From a virus: a stretch of DNA of 64,000 nucleotides. The stretch lies in IMG/VR virus record IMGVR_UViG_3300045988_155520, positions 32,001 through 96,000 of that record; one strand, written 5' to 3'. The translations under genes and the position numbers were made by a program. Below are positions 7,139 through 15,475 of the stretch, one piece after another (the first letter of the stretch is position 1; every line of letters begins with the position of its first letter). Below the pieces are notes generated by a model that saw nothing but the letters and a program-made list of their open reading frames with translations, did not search any database and had not been told where the DNA came from.

Positions 7139-7900
7139 ATGGACAAAACAGGAAATAAAATAGCTATGGGATTAGATGTTTCAACATCAACCATAGGTGT
7201 GTGTATTGTACTTGACGATGGCTCTGATTATGGAAAAATTTTAGAACTGACTCATATTAGTCCTAAAATTTCAAGTAAAATTAAAGGAATTGAATCATTA
7301 TTTATCAAGAAAAAGATTTTTGAAGAATTTATTGTAAAATTTAAAGATTTTGGTATTGATGAAGTTGTTATAGAAGAACCTCTATTGAGAAGTAATAACG
7401 TTAATACTGTCGGTACGCTGTTACGTTTCAATGGAATGATTTCAGACTGTGTATACAATATCTTGGGTATAGTCCCACACTATATTTCTTCTTATGATGC
7501 AAGAAAGTATTCTTTCCCAACTCTTATGAGTATAAGAAAGTATGGAAAAGATGAAAAACAATATGATTATAAAAAAATAAAAAAAGAAATCCAACAGTGT
7601 AAGATGGTCCTTTTTGGTGATTATCCATGGACTATTGATAAGAAAACTGTTATTCAAGGCAATGTATCTGAACTTTTCCCAGATGTACCTTGGATTTATA
7701 ATAAAAAGGGAGAATTAAAGAAAGAAAACTTTGATGCATCCGATGCTTACGTAGCTTGTCTTGGTTATTTAAATAAAGAGAAATACGGAGAATTGGATAT
7801 GAGGGTTGAAAATATCCAAGAAATAGATAAGGGCATTAAATATGATGTAGTTTATTGGAATAAACGTTTATCCAGAATTACATATTGTGATAAAAAATAA
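7139..7900 (+). CDS. RuvC-fold (RNase H-like) putative Holliday junction resolvase
   Basis: AMGLDVSTSTIGVCIV (Asp 1), EVVIEEPLL (Glu), NFDASDAYVACLGY (DxxD). The order and spacing resemble the RuvC/A22-type catalytic residues. Confidence 0.55.
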   Translation: MDKTGNKIAMGLDVSTSTIGVCIVLDDGSDYGKILELTHISPKISSKIKGIESLFIKKKIFEEFIVKFKDFGIDEVVIEEPLLRSNNVNTVGTLLRFNGMISDCVYNILGIVPHYISSYDARKYSFPTLMSIRKYGKDEKQYDYKKIKKEIQQCKMVLFGDYPWTIDKKTVIQGNVSELFPDVPWIYNKKGELKKENFDASDAYVACLGYLNKEKYGELDMRVENIQEIDKGIKYDVVYWNKRLSRITYCDKK

Positions 7901-7923
7901 AAGAGAACATTTTGTGTTCTCTT
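7901..7923. terminator. bidirectional terminator between convergent genes
   Basis: aagagaaca / ttttg / tgttctctt: a 9-bp perfect stem with an A-run before it and a T-run after it. Confidence 0.65.
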
Positions 7924-7928
7924 TTTTG

Positions 7929-8195
7929 TTAATAGTGATATATATCTTTTTTTAATTCATCGTTATGTTCATCGGTCTTCAAGAATTGTTTAACAGATTC
8001 CTTTTCTTTATTATTTTCAAAATTTGCTTTATTATTATAATCTTTATCGCCTGCTATCGCACTATTGATTTTAGTAATATCATAATAAGCACCTACAGCG
8101 TAATGACCGTTAGCACCATATGCTACTGCTTCTTCATCAATATTTTGTACCATAGCACGATATAAATCATTTTCTTTGTATATTCTCTTACCCAT
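7929..8195 (-). CDS. hypothetical protein (88 aa)
   Basis: Intact ORF with CTATTTATTG 19 nt upstream of the ATG. Confidence 0.5.
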   Translation of the reverse strand: MGKRIYKENDLYRAMVQNIDEEAVAYGANGHYAVGAYYDITKINSAIAGDKDYNNKANFENNKEKESVKQFLKTDEHNDELKKDIYHY

Positions 8196-8257
8196 AATGT
8201 TTTTTGAAATTTAACAATAAATAGTATTTCAAATTTGTTTATTCAACTAAAATATTG

Positions 8258-8265
8258 TATTTTTG
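8258..8265 (+). promoter_or_regulatory. Bacteroidota-type -7 box TATTTTTG
   Basis: ttgTATTTTTGcgccaaaaaatatATG, 13 nt before the ATG at 8279. Confidence 0.5.
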
Positions 8266-8278
8266 CGCCAAAAAATAT

Positions 8279-9292
8279 ATGCTACCAGAATTATACGATA
8301 TATATCATATTCTTTCATCTTTCCTCGGAGAGTGTAAAAATGGATTTGATGGGGATAATATGCAATTACAATTCCCTTGCCCTCGTTGTATAGAACGAGA
8401 TGGTAATGGCGAGATTGCAAAACATAATTTAGAGGTTAATCTTCAAAAACAAGTCTTTCAATGTTGGAAGTGTGCTTCTCAAGATGAAGATATGAAAGGC
8501 TCTATCGTAAAGCTTATAAAGTTGTATGGAAACGAAGTTATCTTAAAAGATTATAAGCGTGCTATCAATTCTCTTAGAGAGAGCCGAATGTATCGCTTGA
8601 ACTATAATGAGGATGATTTCAATATTAAGGATAAATCAGATGAAAATAAAGAATTATCATTACCATCAACATTTCGTCCTCTAATAAAAGATAAGTGGTA
8701 TCCTCCTGCAGTTATTGATTATCTTTCAAAAAGAAATATTAAATGGGATATAATTGAAAAATATCATATCGGGTTTAGCCAATATGAAAAAGATAATTGG
8801 CTTATGAGTAATCGAATTATCATACCGTCTTATGATAAGTATGGAGAATTGAATTACTGGGCAGGACGTGATTATACAAATAAACCTAATAAGCAAAAAT
8901 ATTATAATCCTAAAGTAGATAGAAAGAGTATTATATTCAATGAGGAACTTATTCAATGGGATGCTGATATAACGCTTGTAGAAGGTCCTTTTGACCATAT
9001 AGTAGTACCAAACTCCATTCCTTTACTTGGAAAGGCATTAAACGAAAACTTTGACTTGTATTGGGAGATAATTAAACACGCTAAAGGTAATATTAATATA
9101 TTCCTTGATGGAGATGCATTTGAGACTGTTCAAAAACTTTACTCTACTCTTAATCACGGACGACTATATAATAAAATACGTTATATACCAACTCAAGGCA
9201 TTTATGACCCCTCTTTAATATACCAATTAGGTGGAGAGAAAGCAATCATACAATATTTAAGAGCAGCTACAAAATTAAGAGAGAATATATGA
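8279..9292 (+). CDS. dnaG: DNA primase (Zn-ribbon + TOPRIM, DnaG/gp61-like)
   Basis: The track ORF starts at a TTG inside the promoter, so I use the ATG at 8279 (MLPELYD). Zn ribbon: CPRC...CWKC. TOPRIM: LVEGPFD and FLDGDA. Confidence 0.82.
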   Translation: MLPELYDIYHILSSFLGECKNGFDGDNMQLQFPCPRCIERDGNGEIAKHNLEVNLQKQVFQCWKCASQDEDMKGSIVKLIKLYGNEVILKDYKRAINSLRESRMYRLNYNEDDFNIKDKSDENKELSLPSTFRPLIKDKWYPPAVIDYLSKRNIKWDIIEKYHIGFSQYEKDNWLMSNRIIIPSYDKYGELNYWAGRDYTNKPNKQKYYNPKVDRKSIIFNEELIQWDADITLVEGPFDHIVVPNSIPLLGKALNENFDLYWEIIKHAKGNINIFLDGDAFETVQKLYSTLNHGRLYNKIRYIPTQGIYDPSLIYQLGGEKAIIQYLRAATKLRENI

Positions 9293-9295
9293 AAA

Positions 9296-9315
9296 ATGAG
9301 AGCATTTGCTCTCAT
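9296..9315. terminator. bidirectional terminator between primase and 9321..9785
   Basis: atgagagc-attt-gctctcat, flanked by AAAA and TTTTTTT. Confidence 0.6.
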
Positions 9316-9320
9316 TTTTT

Positions 9321-9785
9321 TTACACAATTTGAATTGTTATTTTTTCACCTTTAGAACTTGCTTTCTTAAGTATCGGGTAAAGTTTCTCAAATGCTTTTT
9401 TGCTTTCTATCACTTTACCAACAACTTTATTATAGCCAACTATAATACAACCATATGAATCATTCTCATCATTACCTGTGTGTATTAAAACACCATCAAA
9501 CCCAGGTACATTTAATAGACGTGGTACTTTACCGTCACACAATGCTTTAAAATATGGTTTCTGACCGAATTTAGTGCTAACTACATTAAGTGTTACATCA
9601 TAAGTACCTGACGGTATAGCTGTCTGTCCATAAACTTTCTTTTTCTTAATTTCGCTTAATGGTGTATTCTGTGTTAAACCTCTATCTTTATCTTCTATTG
9701 TGTCACATACATAAACATCATCAACATACAATTTTCCAATTGTATACTTTTCCTTTTTACCTACTCTTTTTACTAAAATCTTCAT
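9321..9785 (-). CDS. DUF5675-like protein with a YkuD-like His...Ser-x-Gly-Cys motif (possible cell-wall enzyme)
   Basis: GVLIHTGNDENDSYGCIIVG resembles the H...SxGC catalytic motif of L,D-transpeptidase-fold enzymes. The family name is from memory and unverified. Confidence 0.45.
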   Translation of the reverse strand: MKILVKRVGKKEKYTIGKLYVDDVYVCDTIEDKDRGLTQNTPLSEIKKKKVYGQTAIPSGTYDVTLNVVSTKFGQKPYFKALCDGKVPRLLNVPGFDGVLIHTGNDENDSYGCIIVGYNKVVGKVIESKKAFEKLYPILKKASSKGEKITIQIV

Positions 9786-9839
9786 TGTATTTTTTTTATA
9801 ATAAATACTAAATTATTTGTTTAATAAAATTTTTTTTTG

Positions 9840-9847
9840 TATTTTTG
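9840..9847 (+). promoter_or_regulatory. Bacteroidota-type -7 box TATTTTTG
   Basis: ttttgTATTTTTGccaaaa, 23 nt before the ATG at 9871. Confidence 0.5.
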
Positions 9848-9870
9848 CCAAAATTAAAAACGTATATAGT

Positions 9871-10686
9871 ATGATTAAATGTGTTATTCACACCGCAGAT
9901 ATTCACATACGCAATGTGATGCGCCATGAAGAATATTCTGAACAACTTATGAGATTCATTGAGAAAAGTAAAGAAATAGCTTCTAATTACGATAAAGATG
10001 AAGTTAGAATTGTAATAGCTGGTGATTTGGTACATCAGAAAAATAACATCAGTAATGAGTTGTTTAGTTTTACAAGTACATTCATTAGAGCACTTGAAGA
10101 AATTGCTAAAGTTATTGTTATAAGCGGTAATCACGACTTAGTTGTTAATAACATTAATAGAGAAGACACTATGTCCGCTTTATTTACCACAGCATGTTTC
10201 CAAAATACTATTTTTCTTGATAGAGAATTAGATTATTGTAGTGGGGTATATAAAGATGATAATATCTTATGGGCATTATATTCTATATATTCCGATTATT
10301 CAAAACCTGAAATACCCAAAGATGTTAAAGATTTAAAGGTTATTGGTTTGTACCACGGAACTGTAGTTGGCAGTCAAACTAATAGTGGTAGAATTATGGA
10401 AATCGGAAACGATGGTGATATCTTCTCTACATGTGATGCTGTAATGGCTGGACACATCCACATGAGACAAGTTCTAAAGAGGAAGAATACTGAAATTGTC
10501 TACCCTGGTTCATTAATACAGCAGGACTACGGAGAAACAATTAGTAAGCATGGTTTTGCGGTATGGGAAATAGAGAAAATGACACATAAGTTTGTTAATG
10601 TTGATACAGATTATGGTTTCTATAAAATAGAAATTAATAATATACAAGATTTGGATGAAGACAAAGAAACACTGGTTAACCAATAA
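9871..10686 (+). CDS. sbcD: Mre11/SbcD/gp47-like metallophosphoesterase nuclease
   Basis: Start moved to the ATG at 9871 (MIKCVIHTADIHI). Motifs: DIH, AGDLVH, GNHD, GHIH. Confidence 0.85.
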   Translation: MIKCVIHTADIHIRNVMRHEEYSEQLMRFIEKSKEIASNYDKDEVRIVIAGDLVHQKNNISNELFSFTSTFIRALEEIAKVIVISGNHDLVVNNINREDTMSALFTTACFQNTIFLDRELDYCSGVYKDDNILWALYSIYSDYSKPEIPKDVKDLKVIGLYHGTVVGSQTNSGRIMEIGNDGDIFSTCDAVMAGHIHMRQVLKRKNTEIVYPGSLIQQDYGETISKHGFAVWEIEKMTHKFVNVDTDYGFYKIEINNIQDLDEDKETLVNQ

Positions 10687-10696
10687 CCAGTGTTTC
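10666..10696. terminator. 10-bp perfect hairpin with both convergent stop codons in its loop
   Basis: gaaacactgg / ttaaccaataa / ccagtgtttc. The loop contains the TAA of sbcD (10684-10686) and the TAA of the 1289-aa gene (10678..10676). Confidence 0.6.
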
Positions 10697-13600
10697 TTTA
10701 TTTATGTTATTATCACTAAACACCACTTCAAGAATAGTTCCTGCAGGAATCATCTGTTCCATATATGGAATTACGGCTTCTTTTAGATATTTAATTTCAC
10801 ATAGTCCTTCTCTTGTATACCAATCACTATGTAAATGGAAACGAATTAAAAGACGTTTGTTATTAACAATCTGATTAGTTACACTATCTCCGTCAAAACC
10901 AATAGATGAAATAGAAGTTACCTTTTTACTCTTATATGTTTCATCCACATTTCCTCTTTCTCCATTTAATATTTGATTGAGAGCGTATGATTCAATAAGA
11001 TTCGTACCATGACGTTTAACATTGTTTTTAACAACGTTCTGGTCATCTGTGTATATATGATAATGCCCATCAGGTGATAAGTAATTACCGAAGTAATGTA
11101 CCTTTTTATCAGCAAATAAATACTTATCGTAATTCACTACACTATCGTTACTATCAACGAGTCCTGTAAAGCCGATAGGATAAACATTAGTTGCAATATC
11201 ATTCAAACCATCACGATAACATCTATCATCAAATAAATTGTTTTCATAAGCATATTTAAATAAATTCTTGAAATATTTAAAATACTCATGTCCACAATCA
11301 TATTTCATATTACCGCAATGAGGATTATTACCTTTAAAATAATCTGTTATTGCATTAAGTACAAAATATTCAGCATCACCAGTTGTTAATCGTCTCCAAC
11401 CAGAAGACCACGCTTGGTTTGTTTTGTCATATGCTGTTATTGTTCTTGAATTTTCTGGTAAATCTAATTTGAAATAGTTTGTTAACTTATTATTTGCTTC
11501 TGTATTATCTTGCAATAAAGAGAATGTTACAACGTTATTCACATTTCCTTGTAACAAAATAAACTCATCTTTGTTTTTATCTGAAGTATTAATATAACAT
11601 TTAATAGTTTCACCATCCTGCATGTCATATAGGTTATATGATATTTGCTGTAAATTTGAAATATAAGTTACAACGTAATCTCTTATAGTATTATCACCTA
11701 CTTTTATTGTACCTTGATTAACAGTGAACAAAACATAGTGATATTCATCTTCTTTTATTTTTTCACTATATACTTCATTTACATAACCATTTATGATAGC
11801 ATAATTTCCACTAATATTCTTAACGTAATATACATCACCGCTTTCAAGTTTATCTTGATGAATGTTTACAAGTTCTTGAATACTATCTACAGATTTAATC
11901 GTTCTCAACGTTTCATAGTACGTTTTTAAACCCTCTGTGTTATTGGAATATATATTATCATCTTTATCCATTAAGAAACTAAATGGTTCAGAATTAAAAC
12001 TTTCTATACGGCTGCTTAACCAACCACCATTCATTTGGAAGTAAAAATCTCCATCCATAGATTCATTTTTACTAAAATATGGATAAAGTTTTCTTTTTAG
12101 TACTGGTTTGCCATCAGAATTAATATATGCTTCTTTGATTTTAGAAGTTACTCCCCCACCACGTTTAAGGTAAGTCTTTGTACCATTTTCTTCTTCTACA
12201 TCCAAATAACTAACAGGTAGACCTTGGTAAGATACATAATCAGAAATACCTGTGGAATGTGTATTAGTAGTATATTGATTATAATCTATGATTTTAGTAG
12301 AATTATACCAATCTATTTTATACATTTTGTTTACATCATCCCACTCTTCTTCTATAGGGTGAGCAAATGAAGTATATTCTTCTATTTCGTAGTCATACGG
12401 AACTAAACTATTCATTCTTTCACGCCCTGTTTTTCCACTACAACGTTCTCCATTTTCAAATAAGAGAGTTTTATCGTACCAGTTCTTACTTCTTAATCCA
12501 AATAGGCTTAATAACATTTCAACACCTTGAACCGTACCCTTATGTCGTAAGATATGTTTAGAATTTATTTTCAAGCGACGCATGAACTCGTTATTAAGTT
12601 CGTCCATTGAGTATTTTCTATCATCTCTATAATCTCTAATAAAAGCATCTCTATGGATATTATTAGGATTCTTACAATCTCTTACCCAACCATCTTTTGT
12701 ACACAACAATGCATATCCATTCTTAGTAGAATTTTTATAACTACCATAAGCATTTACTAAAAGTTCTTCGTCATGACTAAAAACTCTTTCTATAGGAACA
12801 TTGTTATTAGAATGATTAAACTTTTCAGCCGATTCGTTATTAGTAGTTGATGGCAATAAAGTCTTTTTACCGTTCTTTATTTCGTATTCTGACAGCTTAA
12901 ATGGCTTTATACTATTAACATCCCACCCGTCCAATTCTAACACGTCAGAGAGGAAATAATCGGGTATATTTGAAATCTGGTCATAGGTTACAGAATTTAT
13001 ATTATGTATAGAATCAATATATGATTTTATTTCATCGAACTCTCTTGATATAATTCTAAGAACTTTAGATAATTTATCACCATTTCTATTTTCGTTATCT
13101 TCTGTATCTGAAGAACGTGACCAGTCAAAGTTCTTAATTGCTTCATGAGTCATTGAACGGTATAAGTTATCACAAAAACGCTCGTCATAGAATGCAGCAA
13201 TATCGGCTAAACGAGATGTATAATCATCATATAAGGATGTCATACCAATGATGTTGTACCCACCGTAAGTCGTTGGAAAAGTAAATGATTCTATCTCAGT
13301 ATAATATCCAAAGTCATTTTCTTTAATTATCTGAAAAGAAGCTGTATACTTTGGTGTACTATTAGGATTTATGAGAATTTTCTCAAAAGAATCGCATTCG
13401 TTATAAAACTTGTTAAACCACTTTTTCTTTGGACGTATATGATATTCATTTTCCGCCATTAATAAAAAGTTTTCTTTATCAAGCATATAGTAAATTTCAT
13501 CGTTATTTCCTAAATATACTTGCACGGTTAATTTAATGCCTCCTTCAAATGTTATAACAACATCTCCTAATTTATCACCAGGACATGCACCTACTATTGA

Positions 13601-14545
13601 CTCTTCAGTAATTTCACTTACTACAGAATCAATTTCTTTTGTAGAATTGTAATCACCTATTACTAATTCGTAATTAGAAGCACCACCATTACAAAAATAT
13701 TTCAGAGGATTTTGTAACTCATCATTACTAACATATGTAGAATGTATATTAATATTGAAAGGGTTGTCGAGTAAGAACAATCCTTCTCCATCATACAACG
13801 GTGTTGCGCCAATTATTTCTTTATATTCACAATTTGCATCAATAATTTCTTTAGGATTTGGTTCACCATTATCATCGTAATCATACTCAGTTAATCTTGT
13901 CTTACTGAATGAATTTGTATGATAAGTTTTATTATACTCTGGACTTTTAGGGTCGGTATCAAGTATTTCCAAATCGTATTCAACTTGATTGTTATAATTA
14001 ACAGCAAGTTTTTCACCTATTTTAAGTTGTAAAGGAGAACCGTCATTCTGTACATTTTCGTCATGATAATTCACTTTAATACCTACAATAGGTGCTTCAT
14101 CGTTAGTATAACCTTTTCTACTTGGTGCAAATAACTCACCAGGAAAACGTTTTAATATGTCAATTAATGATGTGCGTATCAATTCTGAACAAGAACCATA
14201 ATAAGCAAATTCTCTCAAATCATAGAAATCTTGTTTTAAAACTATGGTATTCTCTGGAGAAGACTCTACATGAGAATTATTGACAATCTTATTAAGGTTA
14301 TTTAATGTCCATATTTCTCCATCTGAATTACTAACCCATTTACCATTTTCTACGGTGCGTGTAGTTGTTTTATCATCATTAACAGTAATAATAAAGTTAC
14401 CACTCTTATAAATGGGTGTTTGTCCTTTAGCGAATTGATTTAATCCACCTATAGTTGTTATGTCTCTTTCATTCACGATACCATCATTTACCAATTGGTG
14501 CCGTGTTTTCAAAACGTAATTAGAGTGACTTTTAATATATCCCAT
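10676..14545 (-). CDS. large virion structural protein (1289 aa), probable tail fibre / distal baseplate
   Basis: Long intact ORF, last in the gp25-led operon. The function is inferred only from position and size. Confidence 0.5.
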   Translation of the reverse strand: MGYIKSHSNYVLKTRHQLVNDGIVNERDITTIGGLNQFAKGQTPIYKSGNFIITVNDDKTTTRTVENGKWVSNSDGEIWTLNNLNKIVNNSHVESSPENTIVLKQDFYDLREFAYYGSCSELIRTSLIDILKRFPGELFAPSRKGYTNDEAPIVGIKVNYHDENVQNDGSPLQLKIGEKLAVNYNNQVEYDLEILDTDPKSPEYNKTYHTNSFSKTRLTEYDYDDNGEPNPKEIIDANCEYKEIIGATPLYDGEGLFLLDNPFNINIHSTYVSNDELQNPLKYFCNGGASNYELVIGDYNSTKEIDSVVSEITEESIVGACPGDKLGDVVITFEGGIKLTVQVYLGNNDEIYYMLDKENFLLMAENEYHIRPKKKWFNKFYNECDSFEKILINPNSTPKYTASFQIIKENDFGYYTEIESFTFPTTYGGYNIIGMTSLYDDYTSRLADIAAFYDERFCDNLYRSMTHEAIKNFDWSRSSDTEDNENRNGDKLSKVLRIISREFDEIKSYIDSIHNINSVTYDQISNIPDYFLSDVLELDGWDVNSIKPFKLSEYEIKNGKKTLLPSTTNNESAEKFNHSNNNVPIERVFSHDEELLVNAYGSYKNSTKNGYALLCTKDGWVRDCKNPNNIHRDAFIRDYRDDRKYSMDELNNEFMRRLKINSKHILRHKGTVQGVEMLLSLFGLRSKNWYDKTLLFENGERCSGKTGRERMNSLVPYDYEIEEYTSFAHPIEEEWDDVNKMYKIDWYNSTKIIDYNQYTTNTHSTGISDYVSYQGLPVSYLDVEEENGTKTYLKRGGGVTSKIKEAYINSDGKPVLKRKLYPYFSKNESMDGDFYFQMNGGWLSSRIESFNSEPFSFLMDKDDNIYSNNTEGLKTYYETLRTIKSVDSIQELVNIHQDKLESGDVYYVKNISGNYAIINGYVNEVYSEKIKEDEYHYVLFTVNQGTIKVGDNTIRDYVVTYISNLQQISYNLYDMQDGETIKCYINTSDKNKDEFILLQGNVNNVVTFSLLQDNTEANNKLTNYFKLDLPENSRTITAYDKTNQAWSSGWRRLTTGDAEYFVLNAITDYFKGNNPHCGNMKYDCGHEYFKYFKNLFKYAYENNLFDDRCYRDGLNDIATNVYPIGFTGLVDSNDSVVNYDKYLFADKKVHYFGNYLSPDGHYHIYTDDQNVVKNNVKRHGTNLIESYALNQILNGERGNVDETYKSKKVTSISSIGFDGDSVTNQIVNNKRLLIRFHLHSDWYTREGLCEIKYLKEAVIPYMEQMIPAGTILEVVFSDNNINKETLVIG

Positions 14546-14547
14546 CT

Positions 14548-15465
14548 TTAAGATATTTTATCGTTTATTGTTTGAGTGAAATCAATATTATTTTCTCTTT
14601 TATGTTTAACTTCATAAACAGGTTTACCTGTATATTGGTCTTTGAGAGTAAAATGTTCTGCTTGATGATATATCTCGTTATTTTGATTAAATGTTGATAC
14701 AAGTCCATTATCAAGGTCTCTTAATTGAGAGTTCTCTATCATCATAGAAATTGTGTCCATATCATGTTCAACCATTTCAATCTCTAACGCAATAGGTTCA
14801 AAAAACGTATTTACCAATATAATCTCTTGAGTTGGTTTTCCTATAAAAGGTGTAGCGTTTGATTTAAAACTTGGTGCACTTGATGGTGATAAAGTTAAAA
14901 ATACGAGGCTTGAACTTTCATTATAACGATAAGAGTAGCTTTTATCACTGGATGTGTTAGGAACTTGCACAAGCGGTTCACATTTATTATTAGAAGTGAT
15001 TATACGGTACTCATTACGTCTTTCATTTGAATCATCCATAAAGATTACACGATATCCAACAAGACTATTATTAGATACCGCTTTTTGTCGAATACTTTCG
15101 TTAAGTTTAGTCGAATCTAACACAATTCCTCTTACATTAGGAAAAGCGGAAAGAGAACCAACATCGGTAATAATTGCCTTGATTTCTTTAGGTTTAATAT
15201 AAACGGTATAGAAACCTTTTCTTCCAAATTCAGATAACGGTAAATGAATATTGTACATTCCTTCTACAACATCGTCCTGTTCTCCATCATTCATTTCTCT
15301 TACAGCTGGTTTTAAAATAGAAGAATCTAACTTAATAAATTTTCTATTTTCAAAATCATCATAAGCACGTGATGGATGAAAAGTGTAATAAATATCTACC
15401 ATATTAGATATTTCATCACTTTTAAATTGCATTGGTATTGTTAAACCATAAGTTCCTATTGCCAT
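14548..15465 (-). CDS. structural-module protein (305 aa), function unknown
   Basis: Intact ORF, 2 nt after the upstream stop, in the same operon. Confidence 0.6.
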   Translation of the reverse strand: MAIGTYGLTIPMQFKSDEISNMVDIYYTFHPSRAYDDFENRKFIKLDSSILKPAVREMNDGEQDDVVEGMYNIHLPLSEFGRKGFYTVYIKPKEIKAIITDVGSLSAFPNVRGIVLDSTKLNESIRQKAVSNNSLVGYRVIFMDDSNERRNEYRIITSNNKCEPLVQVPNTSSDKSYSYRYNESSSLVFLTLSPSSAPSFKSNATPFIGKPTQEIILVNTFFEPIALEIEMVEHDMDTISMMIENSQLRDLDNGLVSTFNQNNEIYHQAEHFTLKDQYTGKPVYEVKHKRENNIDFTQTINDKIS

Positions 15466-15475
15466 TGTATATATT

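Noticed and set aside
10676-14545. Looked for diversity-generating retroelement signatures (template/variable repeat pair, reverse transcriptase) around the putative tail-fibre genes.
   Set aside because: No reverse-transcriptase-like ORF is present, and I noticed no ~100-bp near-repeat pair in the window. By-eye repeat detection at this scale is weak, so a self dot-plot would be needed for certainty.
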